NCBI GenBank assembly: GCA_039818205.1
Contig: JBCBUK010000002.1
Location: forward strand, 513,863-577,862
From: Verrucomicrobiota bacterium
GTDB taxonomy: Bacteria; Verrucomicrobiota; Verrucomicrobiia; Opitutales; Cerasicoccaceae
Direction of reading: 5' to 3'
Length of the DNA: 64,000 bases
Both the position numbers and the translations under genes were made by a program. The stretch's first letter is position 1, and the number at the start of each line of letters is the position of its first letter. Under the pieces are notes generated by a model, which made no database searches, was not told the origin of the DNA, and was given only the letters and a program-made list of their open reading frames with translations. Positions 9,901 through 19,060 of this stretch are shown here, piece by piece.

Positions 9901-10971
9901 ATGCAAGTATTGCCCGTGATAAACACGACCGACATCAATATCGAATCCTTCCGCGAATTGCCAACGCCGGAGGAGCTTTTGGCGTCCATTCCCAAGAACG
10001 AAGCGCAGGCCGCTTTCGTCACGGAAGCGCGCGATTCGATTCACCGCATTATCTTTGGTGATGATCCCCACTTGCTGGTCATCGTTGGGCCTTGCTCAAT
10101 TCATGACCTTGAAGCCGGTCGCGAGTATGCCCGCCGTTTGGTGGAGCTAGCTGAGGAGTTGAAGGACCGTCTATATATCGTGATGCGGGTCTATTTCGAG
10201 AAGCCTCGGACGACCGTGGGCTGGAAGGGCCTCATCATGGATCCACATTTGAATGGCTCCTACGATATCCCGGAGGGCTTGAAGATTGCCCGCAACTTTC
10301 TGCGTGAAGTTATCGACATCGGTTTGCCAACCGCGACCGAGTTGCTCGATCCCATCACACCACAATACATTGCCGACCTCATTTGCTGGACCGCCATTGG
10401 AGCGCGGACAACCGAGAGTCAAACCCACCGCCAAATGGCGTCGGGCCTTTCGATGCCTTTGGGTTTCAAGAACAGCACGGACGGTAGCATTGAAGCTGCG
10501 ATCAATGCGATCAAGGCCGCGAGCCAGCAACAGACTTTCCTCGGAATCGCGGCTAACGGTCGGGCCTCGGCAGTCACTACCAAGGGTAATCCAAATTGTC
10601 ACCTCGTTCTCCGTGGTGGCAAAGCCGGGCCAAATTACTCGGCTGAGCACGTCGGCGACTATGCGAAACTCCTAGAGAGCAAAGGACTGATTCCGGCAGT
10701 TATGGTTGACTGTGCGCATGACAATAGTGGTAAAGATCCCGCCAAGTCTCCCGCAATTTTGGCGGAGGCGACCCAGCAGATTCTTGATGGCAACAATGCG
10801 ATGATTGGTGCGATGATCGAGAGCAACATCAATGCTGGGAATCAAAAATTTCCCCAGCCTTTGGATGAACTGAAATATGGTGTCTCGATCACGGATCCAT
10901 GCCTGAACTGGGAAGACACGCAGACCGCTTTGCGCGAGACTTACGAAAAGCTGGCTCCTCGCTTTGCTTAG
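9901..10971 (+). CDS. aroG: DAHP synthase, class I-alpha (AroF/G/H type)
   Basis: GPCSIHD, RVYFEKPRTTVGWKG, IGARTTESQTHR, GFKN and YGVSITDPC. Confidence 0.95.
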   Translation: MQVLPVINTTDINIESFRELPTPEELLASIPKNEAQAAFVTEARDSIHRIIFGDDPHLLVIVGPCSIHDLEAGREYARRLVELAEELKDRLYIVMRVYFEKPRTTVGWKGLIMDPHLNGSYDIPEGLKIARNFLREVIDIGLPTATELLDPITPQYIADLICWTAIGARTTESQTHRQMASGLSMPLGFKNSTDGSIEAAINAIKAASQQQTFLGIAANGRASAVTTKGNPNCHLVLRGGKAGPNYSAEHVGDYAKLLESKGLIPAVMVDCAHDNSGKDPAKSPAILAEATQQILDGNNAMIGAMIESNINAGNQKFPQPLDELKYGVSITDPCLNWEDTQTALRETYEKLAPRFA

Positions 10972-12716
10972 TCGTAGAACGACCAGATCGCATCATGTAG
11001 GTGACGAAGTGCCTGGCCAGTTTGTGGGCCGGGCACGTTGAGCAGCTGGCTATCCACGACTGCAATCTGATCGTTTTTAACGGCTGAAAGCTCACGCCAA
11101 ATCGGATCGCTTTGTAACTGGGCAATGACATCAGCACGCGCGAGTTCGGCGCCAGCTTCCATTGAGTGGGTCACTACAATGACATCTGGGTCCGCCTCGA
11201 TGACGGACTCGCGGGACAACTTGGGCCACAAACCTTGCGCATCCCCAGCAACGTTTTCAGCGCCAGCGAGAGTGATTAGGCTGTCAGCATAGCTATTGGG
11301 TCCGGCGGCGAAATCCAGCCGGGGGCTCAATGCGTAGAGGATTCGTGGCACACGATCGCGATTCTCGACCGATGCCTGAACCGCTTCGCGATCGGCTGTT
11401 AGGGAGCCAACTACTTCTTGAGCGAGATCCGTGCTTCCCAGTGCGTCACTCAGGGTGTTGGCATCGCGGAGAATTCCGTCGTAGCCGTCGTGGTTGCAGA
11501 CCAACACATCGAGGCCGAGTTCTCGCAAGCGTTCAACATGGCGTCGGTCAGCAATGTCTGCGGTAATGATCAAGTCTGGCGCTGCGGCGAGGATCAATTC
11601 GTAGGATGGATTTGGGTACACCGCGTAGCGCGCAACTGCATTGGACGATTCGCCAACTTCGCAATGCTCGGTGACTCCAACTAATCGATCTTCCACCCCG
11701 AGGGCATGCATCCATTGCGTCGTGCTTGGAGCCAGGGAGATAACTCGCATTGGAGTGGAGTGAAGTGTGGTGGCGTCGCCCCGTCCGTCGGTTAGGGTTT
11801 TGGGGTAGTCGGATTGATTGGCTTGGGGCGTCTTTTCCGACTCACTAATGGGGTCGATGATCACCGAAACCGTTTGCCCAACTCGCAGTTGAATGTCGGA
11901 TGGAATGTTGTGCGGTTTGATCCGAACGGGAAATCGTTGAGCCAATCGAACCCAGTCAACGGTGGGCTTTACTATGGGTAGTTGAGTATTCTGGTTGCTC
12001 GAGCCATCTTCGCGGTAAATGCCCCAGCTGACGCTTTCAACCTCTCCGTGAAAGGGTTCAAAGAAGTCCCCCATCATGATAATCCGGACGCGATCACCGG
12101 GCTGGATCGCCGCGAGATCGGTCTCTTTGAAGTAGGCGGAGATCCAAAATGAGTTTGCGTCGACGAGCGCCATCAGCGCCTGGCCAGTGGTCACATAGGT
12201 GCCTGTGGTCACTTCCAGGTTTGTGATGTATCCGCTCACTGGAGCATTGATCTTGGTGTAGCTCAGGTTGAGATTGGCCAATTCGAGCTCGGCTTCGTCG
12301 ACCGCGATATCGGCAACGGCCTCAACGTATTGGGCCTCCAGCGATTGAAACTCTTCAAGTGATATCAGCTCTTGTGCTACGAGGTCGCGCCGCCGTTCCA
12401 CTTCCAACTTGAGGTTTGCCGCAACGGTTTTCGATCGCTGCAAGGCGGCCTCGGTTCGGTGAACAGCTTTCTCGTAGTCGGTTGGATCGATTTCAAATAG
12501 CGGATCACCAACCTCGACCCATTGGTTATCCTTAACGTAAACCTCGACCATTGGGCCATCGACGCGAGCCGCAATGCCAACGACATAGGCGCGAACCTGT
12601 CCATCGCGAGTCCAGGGGTGTTCGTTGTAGAGGTCGTAAAAACGCCAGCATAGCAGTGCCGCGAAGGCGACCGCGATTAGTGTAAACACAACCTTGAGTA
12701 GCCGGGCGAATTTCAT
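10968..12716 (-). CDS. Fusion of AaeA/HlyD-family membrane-fusion protein and BtuF-like (Peripla_BP_2) substrate-binding domain
   Basis: Start MKFARLL at 12716 (ATGA overlap with the upstream gene). N-terminal half: PWTRDGQVRA, WVRLAQRFPVRI. C-terminal half: YPKTLTDGRG, RVISLAPSTT, ELILAAAPDLII, LSRESVIEADPDVI, LSAVKNDQI, PGP. Confidence 0.85.
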   Translation of the reverse strand: MKFARLLKVVFTLIAVAFAALLCWRFYDLYNEHPWTRDGQVRAYVVGIAARVDGPMVEVYVKDNQWVEVGDPLFEIDPTDYEKAVHRTEAALQRSKTVAANLKLEVERRRDLVAQELISLEEFQSLEAQYVEAVADIAVDEAELELANLNLSYTKINAPVSGYITNLEVTTGTYVTTGQALMALVDANSFWISAYFKETDLAAIQPGDRVRIIMMGDFFEPFHGEVESVSWGIYREDGSSNQNTQLPIVKPTVDWVRLAQRFPVRIKPHNIPSDIQLRVGQTVSVIIDPISESEKTPQANQSDYPKTLTDGRGDATTLHSTPMRVISLAPSTTQWMHALGVEDRLVGVTEHCEVGESSNAVARYAVYPNPSYELILAAAPDLIITADIADRRHVERLRELGLDVLVCNHDGYDGILRDANTLSDALGSTDLAQEVVGSLTADREAVQASVENRDRVPRILYALSPRLDFAAGPNSYADSLITLAGAENVAGDAQGLWPKLSRESVIEADPDVIVVTHSMEAGAELARADVIAQLQSDPIWRELSAVKNDQIAVVDSQLLNVPGPQTGQALRHLHDAIWSFYD

Positions 12717-12937
12717 CGTGGAAATAAAATGAGTCCCAAGCCAGCGCTGCAGGCGACCATAAGTGAAAAGAGGAATAGCGGTGGATGCCAAACGAACCGG
12801 GTTAGACCGACCATGTCCATCATCCAGGCGACCGCCCAAGCTAACAGGAACCCACCCGTAACAATCACCAACACAAAGGGTAAATAGAATCCCAGCACGT
12901 CGATCTCGGGGTCCAGGTAGGGGCCGTGGTCAAACAA
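12713..12937 (-). CDS. DUF1656 / AaeX-like small membrane protein (start uncertain, 12937 or 13012)
   Basis: EIDVLGFYLP...RFVWHPPLF motif; stop overlaps the start of the adaptor gene. Confidence 0.82.
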   Translation of the reverse strand: MFDHGPYLDPEIDVLGFYLPFVLVIVTGGFLLAWAVAWMMDMVGLTRFVWHPPLFLFSLMVACSAGLGLILFPR

Positions 12938-13068
12938 TGCGAGGGGGAGGGCGGCGCAAGAAAAACGCCGGATGTCTGTCTTTTCAAAAAACTTTGCCAA
13001 GAAGCGACCCATCAACGCCTTGTGATTGCAAAGATTTCTTCTAGAGATGACAATCTTCTTTCGAGGCC

Positions 13069-15285
13069 ATGCTGAGTCCAGCTCAACTGCAATTGCTGAC
13101 TGCATTTAAGACGGCGCTCGCCGTCATCATTGCCCTGGGTATCGCCATGGCGCTCAACTGGGAGCGCCCCTATTGGACGGGGATTACGGCAATGATCGTG
13201 TTCTTGCCCTACGTGGGCGCCGCGCTGGAGAAGTGTTTGCTACGGATCTTGGGGACCGTTGCGGCCGGCGTCGGCGCGTATTTGTTGACTGGTTTTTTTG
13301 AGCAGGAACAATTTTGGATGACAATTGCCTTGTTCGTGCTGCTTGTTGGAACTGGCTATGGGGCAATGGGGAAGGTCTATCCTTATTTCTTTATGCTGGG
13401 TGGAATCACCCTGTGCATTATCGTTGGCCAAACGGTTGAGTATCCCGAGCGCCTCTGGCACCTCGTCCTCTACCGAACGCTGGAGGTCGGTCTCGGAGTG
13501 GTGGTCGCGATGGCGGTAAATAGTTTAGTTTTCCCACAGCGAGCATCAAACGCTTTGCGTCACAAAGTTTCAGAGACTTTGACAGATTGCCGTGACTTAA
13601 TGCTTATTGCTGCCGAGCACTACATGGATGATGCGCCGTTACCAGAAGGTCTCGATGATAAAGAGCAAAAAATTGCCGCTAAGTTCCCGGGGCTCGTTGC
13701 GCTCATGAACTCCGCCCTGCGTGATAGTAGTCGATTGCTCAACCATCAACGCGCGGCTGAAGAGATGATCCGTGAGACGCGGCAGTGTTTCGTGGCCACC
13801 GTGACGAGCCTGCGAGCGTCGGCCAGTGAGGTGCAACGGAAGTTGCAAAGCGAAATGAAAGACGAGTTGCGATCCTATGTCGATGCGCTACTCAAGGATC
13901 TCAACCACGTGATCGACGATCTGAGCGCCGATCGTCCCGTTCGCAAGTTAGTTGATTGCCATGAGGCGAGAGACGCTTTGGAATCCAAAGTTATTCAGTT
14001 GCGAGCGTCGGGAAAGACTTTCAGCTATCCGCTGGAAGATGTTTCGAACTTCTTCGCTTTTATTGGTGATCTAGACTCCTTGCGCGAAGCGATGGTTCGA
14101 TTGGCGGTTGCTGATCGAACGCTCTATCGCGATGTCGAGGCCAGTGAGATGCCAGATCGTGTCGTATGCGAGCCCCGCGAATGGCGAATGGATATTCGCC
14201 GATTGCAACACGGCATTAAGGTTGGGATTGCCTGCTTGGTCTCATTGTATGCCTACCTCTGGTTGCAGTGGCCCTCGGGGGCGACAGCTTTTGTTACCGC
14301 TGCAATTGTGATTCAGGTTTCAATTTCCGCGAGCAATCACAAATCGATGCTACGCCTGGGCGGGTGCTTGCTGGGGGGCGTCTGCGGTGCCTTTACCCTG
14401 GGTTTCCTGGAAAGCCATTTCGAAACCTACGAGGCCTACGCGATCCCGCTGTTCGCAATATTTTTTCTCTTCGCGTGGATCAACAATGGTCCGCAGAAGT
14501 ATGCCTATGCGGGATTTCAGGCGCATTTGGCTTTTCTCCTGATGACAACGATTTCACCTGAGCAAAGTGTTGATCTAGAGGCCGGTTTTCAGCGTTTCAT
14601 GGGGATTCTACTGGGGGTCTTTATTGCGGCCGTTGTGCAGCGCCTGATTTGGCCCGTGATTCCGGAGCGAGAATTTCGGCATGACATTGCTCTATTTTTT
14701 GAGCGAGGCACCACATTTTTGCATGATCAAGACGCCCGAATTGCCCACCAGCAAACGGAAGGAGAAGCCCGGGATCAGGAGAAGGAGTTGGCCGGCATCG
14801 AGTATCTGCCAGCGAAGACACTTGATTGGTTAGGTCAGATTGGTTTCACGGATCGAGAGGAGGAAGAAAAGCACCAATTCACGCAGACGTTTCTTCATGT
14901 GCAATCGATTGCATTCGCACTGCGAGGCATGGCGCAGGCCAACGCTCGACAGCTCCACCCAGAAGTCCTAGCGGGAATCAAGGACGAGCTCGTTACCTTG
15001 GATCATGCCTTGGCGGATGCGTTGGACCGGTGCCACGCTGCATTTGTTGATAACGAGCGCTTCGAGGCAGGAGCGGGCCTGCATGATGCCGTTCTAAAGC
15101 TGGAAGCTCGGCTGACGGAGCTTTCCCGCGTAAAGCACGCAACTCGCGCTCTGACCGGTCAGGAACTTGGTAGTTTCCTGGCGCTCGTTCGCCGTTATCG
15201 CGAATTGACCTCTCTCATTTCCGCCTGCGAAAAACATACCGCGCAACTGAACTTCAAAGCCCTTGAGCGCACCGAGTTTTTCTAG
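13069..15285 (+). CDS. FUSC / AaeB-like aromatic acid exporter inner-membrane subunit
   Basis: FKTALAVIIALGIA..LNWERPYW, RILGTVAAG, and a second TM bundle with WLQWPSGATA and RLGGCLLG. Confidence 0.88.
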   Translation: MLSPAQLQLLTAFKTALAVIIALGIAMALNWERPYWTGITAMIVFLPYVGAALEKCLLRILGTVAAGVGAYLLTGFFEQEQFWMTIALFVLLVGTGYGAMGKVYPYFFMLGGITLCIIVGQTVEYPERLWHLVLYRTLEVGLGVVVAMAVNSLVFPQRASNALRHKVSETLTDCRDLMLIAAEHYMDDAPLPEGLDDKEQKIAAKFPGLVALMNSALRDSSRLLNHQRAAEEMIRETRQCFVATVTSLRASASEVQRKLQSEMKDELRSYVDALLKDLNHVIDDLSADRPVRKLVDCHEARDALESKVIQLRASGKTFSYPLEDVSNFFAFIGDLDSLREAMVRLAVADRTLYRDVEASEMPDRVVCEPREWRMDIRRLQHGIKVGIACLVSLYAYLWLQWPSGATAFVTAAIVIQVSISASNHKSMLRLGGCLLGGVCGAFTLGFLESHFETYEAYAIPLFAIFFLFAWINNGPQKYAYAGFQAHLAFLLMTTISPEQSVDLEAGFQRFMGILLGVFIAAVVQRLIWPVIPEREFRHDIALFFERGTTFLHDQDARIAHQQTEGEARDQEKELAGIEYLPAKTLDWLGQIGFTDREEEEKHQFTQTFLHVQSIAFALRGMAQANARQLHPEVLAGIKDELVTLDHALADALDRCHAAFVDNERFEAGAGLHDAVLKLEARLTELSRVKHATRALTGQELGSFLALVRRYRELTSLISACEKHTAQLNFKALERTEFF

Positions 15286-15485
15286 TCCTTTGAAGCGGTG
15301 TTATTGCTCCGCTTCCTCTGGATCATAAAGCGACGTAGTGCGTAGACGATTAAGATGAGAAACACGGCAGCGAATACGCTACTGCTTTCACTCGTTTCTT
15401 CGTCACTAATCATGCTGATACACAGGGCGATCAGTAAAATCGCGCCGAATAGACTAAGCCCAATCTTTACCCAATGTGCCGACAT
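15282..15485 (-). CDS. Small two-TM membrane protein
   Basis: 67 aa with two hydrophobic helices and a basic tail, directly downstream of ispF. Confidence 0.55.
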   Translation of the reverse strand: MSAHWVKIGLSLFGAILLIALCISMISDEETSESSSVFAAVFLILIVYALRRFMIQRKRSNNTASKD

Positions 15486-15490
15486 CTCCG

Positions 15491-15982
15491 TTAGGCCGAC
15501 TCCCGCATGAGCAGGCAGGTCGCGTAGGCCGCAATACCGGCGCCCCGGCCGATGTCACCAATCTTTTCATTGGTAGTTGCCTTGAGCCCGACTTCGCTCG
15601 GCGCAACGCCAAGACTGTCGGCGAGTACCGCTTTCATCTTGTCCAGATGCGGTGCGATCTTGGGTTCTTCGGCCACGAGGGCGATATCGACGTTGCCGAC
15701 GACGTAACCGCGCTGCTTGGCTTCGGTTACCGCACGGCGCAATATGTCCTGCGAATCCATGCCTTTGCAGGCGGGGTCATCATTCGGGAAAAAGTGGCCG
15801 ATGTCCGGGAGGCCCAGGGCGCCCAGGACGGCATCCGCCAGCGCATGGGTTAGGCAGTCGGCATCTGAGTGGCCGTCGAGACCCTTGTCGTGGGGGATTT
15901 CTACGCCGCCCAGAACGAGGCGGCGCCCCGAAGCGAACTGATGGATGTCGTAGCCGAGGCCAATGCGAAAAGGAAGACTCAT
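15491..15982 (-). CDS. ispF: 2-C-methyl-D-erythritol 2,4-cyclodiphosphate synthase
   Basis: RIGLGYDIH, GHSDAD, DIGHFFP and KATTNE. Confidence 0.97.
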   Translation of the reverse strand: MSLPFRIGLGYDIHQFASGRRLVLGGVEIPHDKGLDGHSDADCLTHALADAVLGALGLPDIGHFFPNDDPACKGMDSQDILRRAVTEAKQRGYVVGNVDIALVAEEPKIAPHLDKMKAVLADSLGVAPSEVGLKATTNEKIGDIGRGAGIAAYATCLLMRESA

Positions 15983-16692
15983 ACAGGATTTTGGTTCAAT
16001 AGAAATTCGAGGTAGGGGAGGTCAGCTGGTGTCGTTAACTTTGGATTTGGGTGCGGATTCTCGACCAACGTGATTTTGTGGCCCTCTCGGCTGACCGCGG
16101 CCGTGTCATCGGTGACCGATTCGTTGTCGAAACGAAGGCGCCGATAGCAGTCCAGGATCATCTCGCGACCAAACACCTGGGGCGTTTCCATGGCCCAAAG
16201 GTTCGATCGTGGAACGTCGCGCAACTGCCGTTGGGTGATTTTTTTCTGCGAACCGGGCGCGCGTTTGATTGTATCCGTTACGCGGTGGGCGAGCACGGCC
16301 GCCTTGTCTTTGACAACGGTATCGTAAAGTGCCTGGAGGTTCTCCTTCCGCACGATTGGGCGGGCGCAGTCGTGGATAAATACATAGTCGACAAGTAGTG
16401 ATGCCTCGCTGATTCCATTGAACACGGAGTCCTGGCGCTCTTTGCCGCCCGTTGCCCAGGAGACCTGAATCTCTCCCAAATCAATGGTATCGAGCACATC
16501 TTGCAGTTGCTGACGTTGTACGTCGTCGCGGTAAACAATTACGAATGCATCGAATAATCCACTTTCGATAAATCCATTGACCGAATGCCAGAAGACTGGC
16601 TTGCCAGCCAAGGGTGCGAGTACCTTGTCGGCGACTTGGCCGCGCATGCGGGTTCCGCTACCGCCACAGAGTAGTATAGCTGCGTTTGACAT
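15979..16692 (-). CDS. ispD: 2-C-methyl-D-erythritol 4-phosphate cytidylyltransferase
   Basis: Likely start MSNAAILLCGGSGTRM at 16692; GGKERQDSV, IHDCARP, ETPQVF, TDD and NPKLTTPADL. Confidence 0.95.
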   Translation of the reverse strand: MSNAAILLCGGSGTRMRGQVADKVLAPLAGKPVFWHSVNGFIESGLFDAFVIVYRDDVQRQQLQDVLDTIDLGEIQVSWATGGKERQDSVFNGISEASLLVDYVFIHDCARPIVRKENLQALYDTVVKDKAAVLAHRVTDTIKRAPGSQKKITQRQLRDVPRSNLWAMETPQVFGREMILDCYRRLRFDNESVTDDTAAVSREGHKITLVENPHPNPKLTTPADLPYLEFLLNQNPV

Positions 16693-16780
16693 GGTTATTA
16701 TCCTCCGAAAGGGACGTAGCATGCGCCGGGCCATGCCGGGGGCAAGCGCCAACCGTGTTTTTCTCCGACTTTTGTATGCG

Positions 16781-18007
16781 CTAATCATCCTCAGTTTCCA
16801 GGTCGGGAATGTGCTGGAAGGCAATCCGCATGGGCGCTTCCTTCCGGCCATGATGCGCTCCGGCATAGTAAAGTGTTTTTGATCCGTGCTTCTTATTGAG
16901 TGCATCCATGGCCGCATCCAGCTTCACATTGCGCGGATTGTTCATGTCTTCGAAGAGTGGTGGGGTGTAGTTCTGCTCGGAAACGAGGTCGCCCAGCACA
17001 ATGCTGACTTTGCTCGGAACTTCTGTGTCTTCCGGAATCTCTGCCCAGAGTTCCCGCAAATGCTTGAGAAATATGCGGGACTCCTGTGTCGGGTAAAATC
17101 GTGCCTGTCGCCTAAATTTGAAATCGAAGCCTAACTTGACGCTGATCTGCAGGCTTCCGGCGTAATGCTCAAGCTTGCGCAGCCGCATTGCGGCTTTCTG
17201 GGTCAGCCGATGGATGACCGAGAACGCATTCTCGTGATTTCGCATTTTGGGGGCGAGCACATGGGAATGGCTAACCTGTCGCCGAGTTGTTTCTGCGGCG
17301 TCGATGATCTCTCCACGCAACTCGGCAAAAAGTCGGTCGCCTTCCACACTTCCCCAAATGGAATGGAGCTTGGTCCGGCTGCAGGCGTAGAGATCCGTCA
17401 CCGTGTAGACCTTATGTCGAGCAAGGCGCTTCGCCATTTGCTTGCCGATTCCATAAAAGTCCCGCAACTGAAGCGCCGCGAGGGGTCCGGGTAGGTTGGC
17501 TTGATGCAAAATCGTCAGGCCGCAGGGTTTGTTCATGCCGCTGCCGATTTTACTAAGCAAAATGTTGGGTCCGACACCTATGGAGCAGGTGACACAGTGG
17601 CCGACGGCGGCCGCGATCGCTTGGCGAACTTTTTGCGCCACGACGCGAGCATCGGCTTCGGTACGCCAATTGGGTGGTAGCTCGCAGAACAGCTCGTCGA
17701 TCGAACGAACATCCGTTACGGGGATACAGGTTTCGACGGCTTCGAGGATCTTGTGGTGGTAGTCGACATAATGAGCATGCCCGGCCTCCACGAATTCGAT
17801 CTTAGGGCAGAGCCAACGGGCCTCGGCGACCGTAGTCCCAGTTTTTACCCCGAACGCCTTGGCCTCGTAGCTCGCCGCAATGCAGCAGGTGGTATTGGCC
17901 AGCATGGGGACAACGCCAACCGGTTTCCCCCGCAACGCCGGGTCGCGCTGCTGCTCACACGAAGCAAAAAAGGAATCCAGATCGACAAATATATACCGCA
18001 AAGACAT
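16781..18007 (-). CDS. dinB: Y-family DNA polymerase (DinB/Pol IV-like)
   Basis: FVDLDSFFASCEQ, AASYEAKAFGVK, catalytic SIDE, KIGSGMNKP and YGIG. Confidence 0.88.
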   Translation of the reverse strand: MSLRYIFVDLDSFFASCEQQRDPALRGKPVGVVPMLANTTCCIAASYEAKAFGVKTGTTVAEARWLCPKIEFVEAGHAHYVDYHHKILEAVETCIPVTDVRSIDELFCELPPNWRTEADARVVAQKVRQAIAAAVGHCVTCSIGVGPNILLSKIGSGMNKPCGLTILHQANLPGPLAALQLRDFYGIGKQMAKRLARHKVYTVTDLYACSRTKLHSIWGSVEGDRLFAELRGEIIDAAETTRRQVSHSHVLAPKMRNHENAFSVIHRLTQKAAMRLRKLEHYAGSLQISVKLGFDFKFRRQARFYPTQESRIFLKHLRELWAEIPEDTEVPSKVSIVLGDLVSEQNYTPPLFEDMNNPRNVKLDAAMDALNKKHGSKTLYYAGAHHGRKEAPMRIAFQHIPDLETEDD

Positions 18008-18015
18008 GGCTTAAA

Positions 18016-18074
18016 TGAATATTTATACACTAGTATTTTGAGCACTAATCGCAAGTGTTTTGTTCGAATATTCA
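18016..18074 (-). promoter_or_regulatory. Two putative LexA-type operators upstream of the Y-family polymerase
   Basis: TGTATAAATATTCA (18016-18029, minus) and TGTTCGAATATTCA (18061-18074, plus), both degenerate versus the verrucomicrobial TGTTC-N4-GAACA box. Confidence 0.4.
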
Positions 18075-18375
18075 AGGTGATTTCGAGATGGTTTTCCAAA
18101 CCATTGATGGGCAGAAGTTAAATCTGAAATAAAATATATTGTAATATTAAATTCCGTGTTCAACCTCGTTCCATGACTGCACAGACGACCGAGTTACTGG
18201 GGAAGCGTGCGCTAGGTGTCGCGTGCACGTCGGATTATGTCGATTGGGCGACCGAATTGTTGGTGGAGGGCCGACTCCTTCTGATTCGTGAGATGGAGGA
18301 CGCGCCCGGCAGAATCTTGCCGATGAATGGAGTCATGCCGGACTAGGCGATGAAGAGCGGTCCGTTTTTGCGAAG

Positions 18376-18630
18376 CTACGCGTCAATGACGACGTCGCCT
18401 TTGGGGACGGAGCAGCAAAGCAGGATGTTTCCCGGGTCGGGTTCGCCGCCGTGGTCATTGGGGTAGTCGACTTCGCCCGAAACTAGTTTTTGTTGGCAGG
18501 CGGTGCAATTGCCGATGCGGCAACCGAAGTCGAGATCGAGCCCTTTGGATTCGGCAAGGTCGAGGATGAACTCCTCGGAGCCGTCCCAGTCAGCCGAGAC
18601 ATTGCTTTTTTGAAAAGTAACTTTAGCCAT
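18376..18630 (-). CDS. [2Fe-2S] ferredoxin
   Basis: Start [15 protein letters not shown] and ILLCCS plant-type cysteine pattern. Confidence 0.9.
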   Translation of the reverse strand: MAKVTFQKSNVSADWDGSEEFILDLAESKGLDLDFGCRIGNCTACQQKLVSGEVDYPNDHGGEPDPGNILLCCSVPKGDVVIDA

Positions 18631-18675
18631 GCTTGAAACTAATAGAGAGTCCGGTAGCATTTCTCAAGTTGCAGA

Positions 18676-18975
18676 ATGAGTTATTTAGACGAAAACAACC
18701 CGGAGGAATCGGTAGAAATGCCAATTGATGGCGTGCTGGATCTCCACACGTTTGCGCCACGCGAGGTGAAAGAGCTGTTGCCTGCCTATTTCGAGGAGTG
18801 CCTGGAGCGCGATATCCTGCAGGTGCGGGTCATCCACGGAAAGGGCACCGGGCAACTTCGCGAGCTGGTGCATGCTCAATTGCGTAAACTACCGATGGTG
18901 AGCCGTTTTGAGCAGGCAGGCGAGAGCGGTGGTGGTTGGGGGTCGACCATCGTACAGTTGAAGCCGATTTGTTAA
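18676..18975 (+). CDS. Smr-domain protein
   Basis: LDLHTF, VIHGKGTGQLR and GGWGSTIV. Confidence 0.92.
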   Translation: MSYLDENNPEESVEMPIDGVLDLHTFAPREVKELLPAYFEECLERDILQVRVIHGKGTGQLRELVHAQLRKLPMVSRFEQAGESGGGWGSTIVQLKPIC

Positions 18976-19060
18976 GAATCAAAGATTAACCTCAGGCTGA
19001 GCTTTTAAGCTTGGAAAGTCGGCAACTGGCTGATTATCTTAAGGTTAACCAACCCCGACA

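Noticed and set aside
12940..13068. Cobalamin riboswitch expected near the BtuF-like fusion
   Set aside because: No B12-box or riboswitch core is recognisable and the gap is too short, so the ligand cannot be assumed to be B12.
15979..16917. Extended 312-aa IspD overlapping the polymerase gene
   Set aside because: IspD homology begins at 16692; the upstream part is an alternative frame of the dinB 3' end.
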